DNA from: Candidatus Hydrogenedentes bacterium ADurb.Bin170
GTDB taxonomy: Bacteria; Hydrogenedentota; Hydrogenedentia; Hydrogenedentales; CAITNO01
Length of the DNA stretch: 64,000 nt
Assembly: GCA_002070275.1 (NCBI GenBank)
Contig: MWCY01000002.1
Coordinates: forward strand, 11,820 to 75,819
Direction: 5' to 3'
Shown: in pieces, positions 46,530 through 55,824 of the stretch
Layout: every line of letters begins with the position of its first letter
Numbering within the stretch: position 1 is the stretch's first letter
The notes under the pieces: model-generated
What the model saw: the letters and a program-made list of their open reading frames with translations, nothing else
Told to the model about the DNA's origin: nothing
Database searches by the model: none
Position numbers and translations under genes: made by a program

Positions 46530-47864
46530 TCAGACATGCGACTCAGCAAAGCATGCTGCGTCCCTCATTCGGTTCAGCGCCTCCACGATCGCATCCGCCT
46601 CTTCAAAACCATAGGAAAGGCGCAGCTGCCGCATTCCGGCATCCTTGAGGCTTCCCCCGGGATGTACACAGAATTCTCCCGGGATATAAACGACCCGCGG
46701 ATAAGGATCTCCGGAAGGACCGTCATATTTTTCAATGCCTGTGGTTCGGGCAAGATAGCGGAAAAAAGGGGACGTACTGTCGGTGCGGATGTTTTTAAAA
46801 GTCAGATAATAGTAGAAACCGGCTGTACCGCCGCAAACTTCTTCCAGCCAGGGGTGAAGCTTCTCCCGGATTGCCTGTCCGACAATCTCGCTTTTTGCTC
46901 TGTAGCCTGCCTTCACACGGGCCACTTGATCGTGCATATAACGACACAGCATCACCGCTGCTATTTCCTGATTGAGCAGTGGCGCGCTGAATCCCACATC
47001 GCTGGTTTTTTGTACAAGCGCCTGCATCAGAACGCCGGGAGCGCCAAGCATAAACCCGATGCGCATGGCAGGAGCCAGCACTTTCGATAAAGTGCCGATT
47101 TCATACACAGGTGCATCCGGAGTATCGACCAACGCTGAGCGGGGCGGCTCCGCCTCCGGGTCGTGGATCAGCCATTCATAGGCCTGATCAAAAAAGACCG
47201 GACAGAGACGACCCAGCCGCGCTGACCACTCTTTTGCCAGCTGTGCAAGCCCCCGGCGATAGGCATTGCACAACACGTTCCCGCTCGGATTATTCACAGT
47301 CACCACGTAGAAAAAAGAAAGCCTTTGTGCCTGATCACCCAGCGATTCCAGTTTTCGCCGGACTGATGCCGGGTTAAGCCCCTCTTTCTCTTCCGGCACT
47401 GTAATCACCTGAAACCCCTTGCGCTCCAGATGATTGCAGTAGATGTAATACATGGGATCAGCAGTGATGACAATGCCCGGCTCAAAAATATCTGCCAGCG
47501 CTTCCAGAATGCTCGTGGCACCGCTCGGGCCGATGACCACCTCCTGTGCTGACATCACTTCTTCAGTCATCCCGCCAATGGCTTCCTCCACGTAATAATC
47601 ACGCAACGCCTGAATCAGACCGGGAGCACCCTGTGGCCCGCCGTAATTAAAGGCCTGTCGGAAGTCCTGCGGGCAGGAAGCAATCTCTTTCACCACCTCA
47701 GCCAGCAGCTCTGTCGGAATGGTCTTTTCATTCACATAACCCACCCCGAGGTTGATGTCTTTTGCATCCCGAAAATCTGTGGCAAAAGCTGCCATCATGC
47801 GGTTCACCGGCGACGGCTCCACCGATCCTCTGCCATAACTGGAAAAAGAATAGTTCATAATCAT
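46530..47864 (-). CDS. PLP-dependent aminotransferase, class I/II (fold type I)
   Basis: Aminotransferase I/II blocks with the Lys-containing motif TLSKVLAPAMRIGFMLG and ..GPSGATSILEA... Convergent with ftsW. Confidence 0.7.
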   Translation of the reverse strand: MIMNYSFSSYGRGSVEPSPVNRMMAAFATDFRDAKDINLGVGYVNEKTIPTELLAEVVKEIASCPQDFRQAFNYGGPQGAPGLIQALRDYYVEEAIGGMTEEVMSAQEVVIGPSGATSILEALADIFEPGIVITADPMYYIYCNHLERKGFQVITVPEEKEGLNPASVRRKLESLGDQAQRLSFFYVVTVNNPSGNVLCNAYRRGLAQLAKEWSARLGRLCPVFFDQAYEWLIHDPEAEPPRSALVDTPDAPVYEIGTLSKVLAPAMRIGFMLGAPGVLMQALVQKTSDVGFSAPLLNQEIAAVMLCRYMHDQVARVKAGYRAKSEIVGQAIREKLHPWLEEVCGGTAGFYYYLTFKNIRTDSTSPFFRYLARTTGIEKYDGPSGDPYPRVVYIPGEFCVHPGGSLKDAGMRQLRLSYGFEEADAIVEALNRMRDAACFAESHV

Positions 47865-48008
47865 GCTGCTTTGTTTATTGAACGATAAATAAAGAAAACG
47901 AACCTTCCGCTTTCTCCCTAAAGATTATGGCAAAGAATCTCCACCGACGCAAGAGAGAAACAACCATCTGGGCGTCTTGAATTACCGGCCTGCATCGCCT
48001 GCGCCCAC

Positions 48009-48051
48009 AAAAAAAATCCCTACCCGTTCTGCTTGGCAGAGCGGGCAGGGA
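48009..48051 (-). terminator. Rho-independent terminator downstream of rplS (minus strand)
   Basis: Imperfect 16-bp stem (TCCCTACCCGTTCTGC/GCAGAGCGGGCAGGGA, loop TTG). On the minus-strand transcript it is followed by eight U (A-run 48009-48016 on the + strand). Confidence 0.6.
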
Positions 48052-48076
48052 TGAATGATTAAATTCAGGGGGAAGC

Positions 48077-48442
48077 TCAGGCCTGGACGTTGCGGCGGCG
48101 GGCTTTCACGCGGGCAGCCTTGCCGGAGCGGTCACGGAGGTAGTAGAGTTTGGCACGGCGGACACGACCTTCGCGGGTCACTTCCACTTTTTCAATGCGG
48201 GGCGAATGCAGCGGGAACACACGCTCCACACCCTCGTTGAAGGCAACACGCCGGACGGTAAAGGTAGCGGTGGGGCTATCTTTGCCTTTATGGCTGATAA
48301 CAACGCCTTCATAGACCTGGACACGCTCTTTTTCGCCTTCGACAATGCGAAAATGCACGCGTACATTGTCCCCAACTTTGAATTTGGGGAGTGCCTGGCT
48401 TTCTTTGCAATACTGGCTTGCGTATTCCTCGACTAAATTCAC
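48077..48442 (-). CDS. rplS: 50S ribosomal protein L19
   Basis: ..[56 protein letters not shown].. is the canonical L19 sequence. Confidence 0.9.
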   Translation of the reverse strand: MNLVEEYASQYCKESQALPKFKVGDNVRVHFRIVEGEKERVQVYEGVVISHKGKDSPTATFTVRRVAFNEGVERVFPLHSPRIEKVEVTREGRVRRAKLYYLRDRSGKAARVKARRRNVQA

Positions 48443-49191
48443 GGTAAGTTCTCCTTATTGGACGGCGGCAGATGCACGCCAATCTCGGCAAGTAATTCCA
48501 AGTCTTCTTTGCTTAAGTTAGTCAATAATTCAGGGCGTCGGATCCAGGTTGCCCGGAGCGCTTCCCTGCGTCTGTATTTTCTGATAGCCTCATGGTTGCC
48601 TTCGAGCAGCACCCGAGGTACTTCTTTTCCTCTGAACACGGGCGGGCGCGTGTACTGGGGATATCCCAGAATGCCATGGTAAAAAGAATCGGTATCCACA
48701 GATTCCCAGTTACCCACTACGCCGGGAGCCATGCGACTGACGGCTTCGACCAACACCAGTGCGGCCGCTTCGCCTCCGCTCAGCACATAATCACCAATGG
48801 AGATTTCTTCGGTCACCAGTGTTTCAGCAATGCGTTCATCCATGCCTTCATATCGGGCGCAGAGGAGCACCATGTCTTTCCACCCTGCCATTTCCCGAAC
48901 CAGATTCTGATCCAGTTTCCGGCCTCGGGGTGAAAGAAGCACCACATGTTCCAGAGAGTTTTTACTGATTAAACTTTCGACTGCCTCAAAAACGGGCGGA
49001 CAGGTCATCACCATGCCTGCTCCGCCGCCATAAGGCGCATCATCCACAGTCCGATGCCGGTCATGGGCGAAATCTCTCGGATTCACCAGATTGACCGTCA
49101 GTATATCTTTGGCAATCGCCCTGCCCAAAATGCCGATACGAAGTGCCGGCTCAAGCATTTCCGGAAAGAGCGTGAGGATGTCTATCCGCAT
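48439..49191 (-). CDS. trmD: tRNA (guanine37-N1)-methyltransferase
   Basis: [35 protein letters not shown].. conserved TrmD (SPOUT knot). ATGA overlap with rplS. Confidence 0.9.
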   Translation of the reverse strand: MRIDILTLFPEMLEPALRIGILGRAIAKDILTVNLVNPRDFAHDRHRTVDDAPYGGGAGMVMTCPPVFEAVESLISKNSLEHVVLLSPRGRKLDQNLVREMAGWKDMVLLCARYEGMDERIAETLVTEEISIGDYVLSGGEAAALVLVEAVSRMAPGVVGNWESVDTDSFYHGILGYPQYTRPPVFRGKEVPRVLLEGNHEAIRKYRRREALRATWIRRPELLTNLSKEDLELLAEIGVHLPPSNKENLP

Positions 49192-49218
49192 GACACTGTC
49201 CAGTTCTGTACCCGAAGG

Positions 49219-49761
49219 CTATTCGTTTCCCAGGGCATCGTCCATCACCAGAAAAGGCTCCGGATCGACAACAGCGATTCTTTTTTTATTTATATCCACA
49301 GAGGCAATGACTTCCGCAATCACGGGCAGTGCAGCGGTGCGCCCCTCACCGGTGAGGAGACGAATTACCCCGCCTGCCGGAGTATCGATAGTTTCGAAAA
49401 CCACGCCAAGAAGACGACCGCCGGGAGCAATGACTTTAAAGCCTTCGAGCTCTTCCAGATCGGGCATGTCTGCCGAGACTTTTTTGCAGTCTCTGCTGTC
49501 CACCGCAACTTCCGCCCGGTGCAAGGCCTGCATTTCATCACGGCAGATACCGGCGGTTAAAGCCACACGGGCAGATGTGCCGTTGCGTTCGCAAGTTTCT
49601 ATTTTCGCCCGAAGCGGGACTCCGTCGACCGTGGTAAGCCAGATGCGGTCGCAGTCATCCAGCGACTGAAGATACTTATGTTTCAACTGTATGCGCAGGC
49701 TGCGTCTGGCAGCCTCCACAGCAAGTACCTGACCGATCACAATCCGTTCAGGCTGATTCAC
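49219..49761 (-). CDS. rimM: Ribosome maturation factor RimM
   Basis: Position between KH-domain gene and trmD. N-terminal RimM-type beta-barrel (ERIVIGQVLAV..) and PRC-like C-terminus. Confidence 0.7.
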   Translation of the reverse strand: MNQPERIVIGQVLAVEAARRSLRIQLKHKYLQSLDDCDRIWLTTVDGVPLRAKIETCERNGTSARVALTAGICRDEMQALHRAEVAVDSRDCKKVSADMPDLEELEGFKVIAPGGRLLGVVFETIDTPAGGVIRLLTGEGRTAALPVIAEVIASVDINKKRIAVVDPEPFLVMDDALGNE

Positions 49762-50009
49762 TGCGCTTCTGTCTGGTTGGTAATTTCCAACCCGAGATTT
49801 TTTTCGCTTTTCGTACCGGCAGCGTAAAGGAGTGTACGCAGGGCTTTAATGGTTCGTCCATTCTTTCCGATGATACGACCCATATCCGCTTCGTCCACTG
49901 TCAGCTGCACGGTTTCGCCGGTATCGCTCTCAATAAGCCGCACGCTGACTGAATCAGGACAGGTAACCAGTTTTTTGGCTACAAATTCGACAAGATCTTT
50001 TGCTGACAT
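49758..50009 (-). CDS. KH domain RNA-binding protein (YlqC/UPF0109 type)
   Basis: ..VDEADMGRIIGKNGRTIKALRTLL.. GxxG KH motif. 83 aa. Conserved position between rpsP and rimM. Confidence 0.75.
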   Translation of the reverse strand: MSAKDLVEFVAKKLVTCPDSVSVRLIESDTGETVQLTVDEADMGRIIGKNGRTIKALRTLLYAAGTKSEKNLGLEITNQTEAQ

Positions 50010-50446
50010 TATGCCTCTTCCGCAGGGGTCTCTTCAGCCACCGCTTCAACGGATTCTTCGACGGCTGCTTCTTCTGCTTTTTCTTCTACGGGCGCTTTGG
50101 CAGCCTTGGGCGGCGGCGGGGCATTGTAACCTTTGTCCACAACAGCCTCACCCTTCCGGGTTGCGACAGCCTCTTCGGGCCGTGTTCCGTCATGGAAGTG
50201 CTTCAGCACACCGAGTTTGCTCATGACAGAACGGGCGGTATCGGACATTTGAGCCCCATGTCCCAGCCAGTCGAGCGCACGGTGTATATTGATTTCGCTT
50301 ATCGGCTCCGGGCGTGCCGTCGGGTGATAAAACCCGAGAATGTCCAGTTCCCGCCCGCGGGTGCGTGTACGCGAGTCCTGAACCACAATACGGTAGTAGG
50401 GCTGTCCCTTGGAACCGCCGCGTTTCATACGAATCACTGTCGCCAT
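50009..50446 (-). CDS. rpsP: 30S ribosomal protein S16 with Ala/Glu/Pro-rich C-terminal extension
   Basis: MATVIRMKRGGSKGQPYYRIVVQDSRTRTRGRELDILGFYHPTA canonical S16. GAGAGGA SD before ATG 50446. C-terminal approximately 60-aa acidic/Ala-rich tail. Confidence 0.9.
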   Translation of the reverse strand: MATVIRMKRGGSKGQPYYRIVVQDSRTRTRGRELDILGFYHPTARPEPISEINIHRALDWLGHGAQMSDTARSVMSKLGVLKHFHDGTRPEEAVATRKGEAVVDKGYNAPPPPKAAKAPVEEKAEEAAVEESVEAVAEETPAEEA

Positions 50447-50571
50447 GATGATCCTCTCTGTAGCCTGGCTTATGCTACGCATTCTTTAAACGTACGTCAG
50501 AAAACTAAAAACAAGTACCTGTATATATGAACCTGCCTTGAAGGTCAGACAGGCTGTTGCACTGAATTGAT

Positions 50572-51924
50572 TCAGAGCCCTGGCATGGGAGGCATGGGAC
50601 CGCCGGGCATTCTGCCCATTTTCCGGCCTTTGCCGCCTTTCATCGCCTGTTTCATCATCACTTTCATTTTTTGAAATTCTTTTAAAAGGGCATTCACATC
50701 CTGCACGGAAAGACCGCTCCCGTCGGCAATGCGCCTGCGTCTGCTTCCATTGATGATATTGGGATTGCGCCGCTCTTTGAGCGTCATGGACAGAATAATG
50801 GCTTCTGTATGCTTCATCTCGTCTTCAGCGAAATCCATCCCCTGGGGCATCATCTTACTGATGCCGGGGATTTTCTGCAGCAGTTCGGTCATGCTGCCCA
50901 TCTTCTTCAACTGTCGCATATGATCCAGAAAATCTTCCAGATCCCAATCGCCTTTGCGCACTTTTTTCTGGAAGTGCAGCGCCTTTTCCTGGTCGACGAC
51001 CTGCTGCGCCTTTTCCACCAGAGAAACGATATCGCCCATTCCCAGAATCTGGTCAGCCATGCGCTGGGGATGGAAGGGCTCAAGGGCTTCCAGTTTTTCA
51101 CCGGTACCCACAAATTTTATGGGGCAGCCTGTGACATCGATGAGACTGATGGCAGCACCGCCTCTGGCGTCACCGTCCATCTGCGTCAGAATAACCCCTG
51201 TGAGCGGCAATGCATCATGGAACTGCCGGGCGGAATTCACCGCATCCTGACCGGTCATGGCATTTGCCACAAACAGAATTTCATGCGGATTCAACTGTTC
51301 AGCGATTTGACGTGCTTCAAGCATCATCTCTTCGTCAACGTGAAGGCGTCCGGCAGTATCCAGAATAATCGTGTCGCAACCGCGAAGACTCGCTTCGCCC
51401 CGCGCCATGAGACAGGTTTCCACCGGATCGGCATGCTCGCCCAGACTGAACATTTCCGCCTGAGCCTGCTTCGCCACAATTTCAAGCTGTTTTATTGCGG
51501 CGGGACGATATACGTCCGCGCCGACAAGCAGGGTCTTATGCCCTGATTTTTTCAGATGCACCGCCAGTTTCCCGGCGCTGGTTGTTTTACCCTGCCCCTG
51601 CAAACCGCAGAGCATGATAACAGTCGGCCCTTTGGAAGCACGGTTCAGCGGCTCGTTCTTCTCGCCCATGGTCCGCACGAGGGTGTCATGAACGATCTTC
51701 ACGATCTGATGACCCGGGTGAATGCTCGCCAGCACTTCCTGGCCCAGCGCCGCTTCCTGCACTTCTGCGATAAACTTTTTGACTACCTGGTAATTGACAT
51801 CAGCTTCGAGCAATGCGGTGCGGATCTGCTGCATCGCATCGCGCATATTGGCTTCTGTCAACCGCCCCTGGCCACGTATTGTTTTGAATACGGAGTCAAG
51901 ACGTTTTGCCAGATTCTCAAACAT
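50572..51924 (-). CDS. ffh: Signal recognition particle protein Ffh (SRP54)
   Basis: MFENLAKRLDSVFKTIRGQGRLTE.. N domain, SRP GTPase G domain (GLQGQGKTTSAGKLA, DTAGR), Met-rich M domain (..MKQAMKGGKGRKMGRMPGGPMPPMPGL). Confidence 0.9.
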   Translation of the reverse strand: MFENLAKRLDSVFKTIRGQGRLTEANMRDAMQQIRTALLEADVNYQVVKKFIAEVQEAALGQEVLASIHPGHQIVKIVHDTLVRTMGEKNEPLNRASKGPTVIMLCGLQGQGKTTSAGKLAVHLKKSGHKTLLVGADVYRPAAIKQLEIVAKQAQAEMFSLGEHADPVETCLMARGEASLRGCDTIILDTAGRLHVDEEMMLEARQIAEQLNPHEILFVANAMTGQDAVNSARQFHDALPLTGVILTQMDGDARGGAAISLIDVTGCPIKFVGTGEKLEALEPFHPQRMADQILGMGDIVSLVEKAQQVVDQEKALHFQKKVRKGDWDLEDFLDHMRQLKKMGSMTELLQKIPGISKMMPQGMDFAEDEMKHTEAIILSMTLKERRNPNIINGSRRRRIADGSGLSVQDVNALLKEFQKMKVMMKQAMKGGKGRKMGRMPGGPMPPMPGL

Positions 51925-52090
51925 ATTTACGAATACCTATGGATCTGCCGGAAAAGACTTGAGACCCTCTGTCCTCCTGAAAAACACAGACCAGCCGTTC
52001 AGATAAATCTGAGGGAAGGTGCTGCGGAGTACACTCCAAATGCAGGGAGCGACAGCCGTTTCTTACAGACACGACTACGCACAGAGACAC

Positions 52091-52120
52091 ATTGTAGCAA
52101 AAGCCAGATTAAAATAGCAA
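52091..52120 (-). promoter_or_regulatory. Candidate sigma70 promoter for the ffh-rpsP operon (minus strand): TTGCTA-18 nt-TACAAT
   Basis: Reverse complement reads TTGCTATTTTAATCTGGCTTTTGCTACAAT. -35 at 52115-52120 and -10 at 52091-52096 on + coordinates. Confidence 0.4.
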
Positions 52121-52282
52121 ATTAGCACAACACACCCGGCAGACAGCAACGGCAAAAAAAGCAATGGAGCGCAGACCGGAAGCATACCTTATATAATGCA
52201 ACCCGGCAGGAAAAATGAAAGTAAAGAAACGCTTCCGCTATGAGCACTGCATCTGACGTGAATCTTCTTCCTTTCAACCTCT

Positions 52283-52310
52283 TGCCAAACTGCCACGGCT
52301 ATGTTATAAT
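52283..52310 (+). promoter_or_regulatory. Strong sigma70-type promoter TTGCCA-16 nt-TATAAT driving the 52366 gene
   Basis: TTGCCA 52283-52288, consensus TATAAT 52305-52310. AGGAGA SD at approximately 52354-52359 before ATG 52366. Confidence 0.5.
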
Positions 52311-52365
52311 TACCACGATATAGATCAATCAACATCTACGCAAAACAATAAAAAGGAGATAAGTC

Positions 52366-53679
52366 ATGAAAACCTTTATGAGACAACGAAAATATACTGT
52401 TGCTGCGTTGGCTGTACTGTGTTTTCTTATCGCCCCGGCAGTCAGGGCTCTGGATGAGGAAGCGATCCTGGCTGCTTTTCGTGACTCCTACGGATGGCTG
52501 GGCAGCGCAGCCATGCACATCAGTTCCGTAGGCGAAAAGATTGTTCCGGAAGGAAAAAACGACACAGAAACCAGGCAAAAACTCCGTGGCTATGAGGATG
52601 TCAATTTTTTCATTGATGATGCAAAGGGGTGGCACGCCTCCTGGGATAGCCGAACCATCGACGTGGCTACGGGTAAAGTAGCAAGATCCGAAAGCGGTTC
52701 CCTTCGCCAATTCTCCCGGGAATCCGGCCTGTTTAAGGAAGCGGGAAATTGGGCGGTGGAATACGGCTACGATAAGGAAGGCGGCCGCTATCTTAATCTG
52801 GATCCGAAACTCGACGGCAGGGCGTCCTTGGATGCTTCTTTCGGATGTACCGCCGTAGTAACAGGTCACAGTCTTTCCTTAAGTCATCTGCGAATACCTG
52901 AACTGCTGGAGTCCTATGCCTTTCAGGTAAGCGACGGGGAACTCGACGGTGCGGCGAGCTGCATCGTGGAAAGCGATACTGAATATGGACAGATAAAGCT
53001 GTGGCTGTCGCCGACAGAAAATTACAGCCTGCAAAAGGCTGCCTTCAGCAAAGAATACGGCAAAGACCTCGGCTGGCGCGGTGATAAAGTCTTTGCCAAA
53101 GACTATCAGGGAACGATTCCCTCTCACTACGTGCAGGAAATCCGTGTACTGAAAAAAGAAGCCCGGGGCGCTTATTATATCCCTGCAGAAGTGGAAGTGC
53201 TGACCTATTCGGAAACAGGCGGTACAATGCGTGATGGCTGGAAGGAACGGATCACGGTGTCGGATGTCATCCTGAATCCGGACTTTGCCGCCTTGAAGGG
53301 ATTTGTGCTCCAGGTTCCGCAGGAGAGTTGCATCGGCATTACGAATCGCTCCGACATGCTCTTTCACACTGCTTCCTGGAAAGAAGGCAAGCCGGCGTTT
53401 CATCTTGAAGACGAAGACCTTCAGACACGAGGCCAGCTTTTCCTGAGTACCATAGAAATAACAAAAACATCCTTTGTCGATAAAGCACTGCGCTGGCTGA
53501 ACAACAAACTCAGGAAACAAGATACAGGCATGTACTACCTAAAAAATTCCTTCGTCTTTAATATTCAGACCGTGCTTCTGCTGGTACTTACCGTTCTTGC
53601 CTCCTGCTGGCTCCTGTGGCGGTTTATAACACGTTTAAGGAAAGGCTTCGGTAAAGAAAGCTGCTCTGCAGGGATCTGA
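52366..53679 (+). CDS. Hypothetical secreted protein with C-terminal TM anchor and basic tail
   Basis: Signal peptide (TVAALAVLCFLIAPAVRA), approximately 380-aa soluble region with no domain I can name, C-terminal TM (VLLLVLTVLASCWLLW) plus RLRKGFGK. Consensus promoter, SD and terminator flank it. Confidence 0.5.
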   Translation: MKTFMRQRKYTVAALAVLCFLIAPAVRALDEEAILAAFRDSYGWLGSAAMHISSVGEKIVPEGKNDTETRQKLRGYEDVNFFIDDAKGWHASWDSRTIDVATGKVARSESGSLRQFSRESGLFKEAGNWAVEYGYDKEGGRYLNLDPKLDGRASLDASFGCTAVVTGHSLSLSHLRIPELLESYAFQVSDGELDGAASCIVESDTEYGQIKLWLSPTENYSLQKAAFSKEYGKDLGWRGDKVFAKDYQGTIPSHYVQEIRVLKKEARGAYYIPAEVEVLTYSETGGTMRDGWKERITVSDVILNPDFAALKGFVLQVPQESCIGITNRSDMLFHTASWKEGKPAFHLEDEDLQTRGQLFLSTIEITKTSFVDKALRWLNNKLRKQDTGMYYLKNSFVFNIQTVLLLVLTVLASCWLLWRFITRLRKGFGKESCSAGI

Positions 53680-53729
53680 AATGACTCTTTTTCATGCATG
53701 AAAACAATAGCACCGCTGCCGCCGATTCA

Positions 53730-53770
53730 GAGCAGATAGATCACACCGGTTTATCTGCTCTTTTCTTTTT
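53730..53770 (+). terminator. Rho-independent terminator
   Basis: GAGCAGATA-(13-nt loop)-TATCTGCTC perfect 9-bp stem followed by TTTTCTTTTT. Confidence 0.6.
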
Positions 53771-53859
53771 ATGTTTAAAGCGATCGGTGCTTCCTTTGAA
53801 AAGTCCCCTGCTCTGCCCTGTCTCTGGTAAAATAACAGACCGGGACTATAAGAACCAGT

Positions 53860-55722
53860 ATGAAAGATAAACCAGAGAACCGTAACGCACCAGAAAAAAA
53901 AGAAAAGCCACCGGCGATCAGTGCAGCAGATGCGCCTACAGAGCCCGGCTGCTATCTTATGCGCGATGAAGACGGGGTGGTGCTTTACGTGGGGAAAGCC
54001 ATCAACCTCCGAAACCGGATTCGCAGCTACATTCAGCTGACAGACAGCCGGTACAGCGTCAAGTTTCTGATGCGTCGCGTGGCTTCAGTGGAATATCTGA
54101 CCGTCTCCAGTGAAAAAGAAGCGCTGCTTCTTGAGAATACCCTGATCAAGCTGCACAAGCCCCGCTATAATGTGCGGCTCCGGGACGATAAAACTTTCAT
54201 CAGCCTTCGCATCCATCCGGGAGAACGTTTCCCGCGCCTGACCGTGGTGCGCCGGAGGAAGAAAGACGGCGCCCGCTATTTCGGTCCCTATCACGATACG
54301 AAGGCAGCAAGAAAAACCCTGAAACAGCTGCAGAAACTTGTGCCGCTGCGTACCTGCTCCGACAGTGTTCTGAACAACCGCAGCCGGCCCTGCATTTATT
54401 ACCAGATCAAGCAGTGCAAAGCCCCGTGTGTCGGTTTTATTAACGAAGAAGAATATGCGGGGCTCGTGGAACAGGTACTTATGATTCTGGAAGGTAAAAG
54501 CCGGAGCCTGGAAAAACAGCTGCGCGAAGAAATAACGGCACTGGCGGAGCAACTGCGTTTTGAAGAAGCTGCCGTACTGCGCGATCGCCTGGTTGATCTG
54601 CAAACCACTCTGCAGCCGCAGCACACTGTCGCACTGGAGGGCACGGAAGAACAGGATGTCTTCGGCATGTATGCGGAAGGGCGCTTTGTTGAATTTCAGG
54701 TGCTGTATTACCGGAACAATGCCATGACCGGCGGCGACACATTTTCTTTTGACCATGTGGAAGTGCCGCTGAACGAATTGTTCAGCTCTTTTATTCTGCA
54801 ATTTTATGAAGCGACTCCAGTGGTGCCAAAAACAGTTGTACTTCCCGTAGAACTGGAAGATCAGGAAACGCTCACGGAAATTCTTTCCGAGAAAAGGGAG
54901 CGGGCTGTCACATTAACGGTGCCGAAGCGGGGGCGCCTGAAAGAACTGGTCAAACTGGCGGAGCACAATGCGGAAGCGTCTTTTATCAGCCGTCGCGGCC
55001 GAGAAAAAGCACTGCAGGACGGGCTGGAGCAGATTGCAGCGCTGTTCAAACTGCCCGCTGCTCCGACAAGAATTGAATGCTTTGACATTTCAACCCATCA
55101 GGGCGACAAAACTGTTGCCGCCATGTCCGTCCTGACCCATGGCGAGCCGGACAAGTCCCGGTACCGGCGCTATCAGATTAAGAGCCAGGTCACGCAGGAT
55201 GATTTCAATGCCATGCGTGAAGTACTGACACGGCGATTCAGCCGCGCCATCCGGGAAGCGGACCTTCCGGATCTTGTTTTGATTGACGGCGGGAAAGGGC
55301 ATCTGAATATTGCCTTGTCTGTTTTGAGAGAACTGGGGCTTTCTTCACTGCCCTGTGTCAGCATCGCTGAAGGGCGCACCGAAAAAGGCGCCGTTCTGCC
55401 CGAACGTTTTTTCCTGCCGGGCAGAAGCAATCCGCTGGTGCCGCCTCAGGGAAGCCAGGTTGTCCGGATGCTTGCCGGTCTGCGCAATGAGGCGCACCGC
55501 TTCGCGATTACCTATCATCGCAAAAAACGAAGCGGTGCTGTCCTGAAATCTGCCTTAAATGACATCCCCGGCGTCGGCACCGCACGCGCCCGGGCACTTC
55601 TCGAAACATTCGGGTCTGTGAAAAATATTATGGAGGCGACTTCTGATCAACTTGCCCGTGTCCCGGGTATTAGTGCTAAACTAGCAGAAGTTGTTCACAG
55701 GCATCTGCATGCGGAAGGCTGA
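53860..55722 (+). CDS. uvrC: Excinuclease ABC subunit C
   Basis: GIY-YIG nuclease N-terminus (GCYLMRDEDGVVLYVGKAINLRNRIRSY), UvrBC-interaction region, RNase H-like endonuclease domain and C-terminal (HhH)2 (..IPGVGTARARALLETFGS..). Confidence 0.9.
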   Translation: MKDKPENRNAPEKKEKPPAISAADAPTEPGCYLMRDEDGVVLYVGKAINLRNRIRSYIQLTDSRYSVKFLMRRVASVEYLTVSSEKEALLLENTLIKLHKPRYNVRLRDDKTFISLRIHPGERFPRLTVVRRRKKDGARYFGPYHDTKAARKTLKQLQKLVPLRTCSDSVLNNRSRPCIYYQIKQCKAPCVGFINEEEYAGLVEQVLMILEGKSRSLEKQLREEITALAEQLRFEEAAVLRDRLVDLQTTLQPQHTVALEGTEEQDVFGMYAEGRFVEFQVLYYRNNAMTGGDTFSFDHVEVPLNELFSSFILQFYEATPVVPKTVVLPVELEDQETLTEILSEKRERAVTLTVPKRGRLKELVKLAEHNAEASFISRRGREKALQDGLEQIAALFKLPAAPTRIECFDISTHQGDKTVAAMSVLTHGEPDKSRYRRYQIKSQVTQDDFNAMREVLTRRFSRAIREADLPDLVLIDGGKGHLNIALSVLRELGLSSLPCVSIAEGRTEKGAVLPERFFLPGRSNPLVPPQGSQVVRMLAGLRNEAHRFAITYHRKKRSGAVLKSALNDIPGVGTARARALLETFGSVKNIMEATSDQLARVPGISAKLAEVVHRHLHAEG

Positions 55723-55824
55723 GCCACGGCAGCTGCCAATGATCCGGCAAAAATCGGAGCACATGGTTTTTATCCGGTTCCGTTATGCATCGGGCTCTGT
55801 CCGCCCCGGCGTGGAGGAAAAAAG

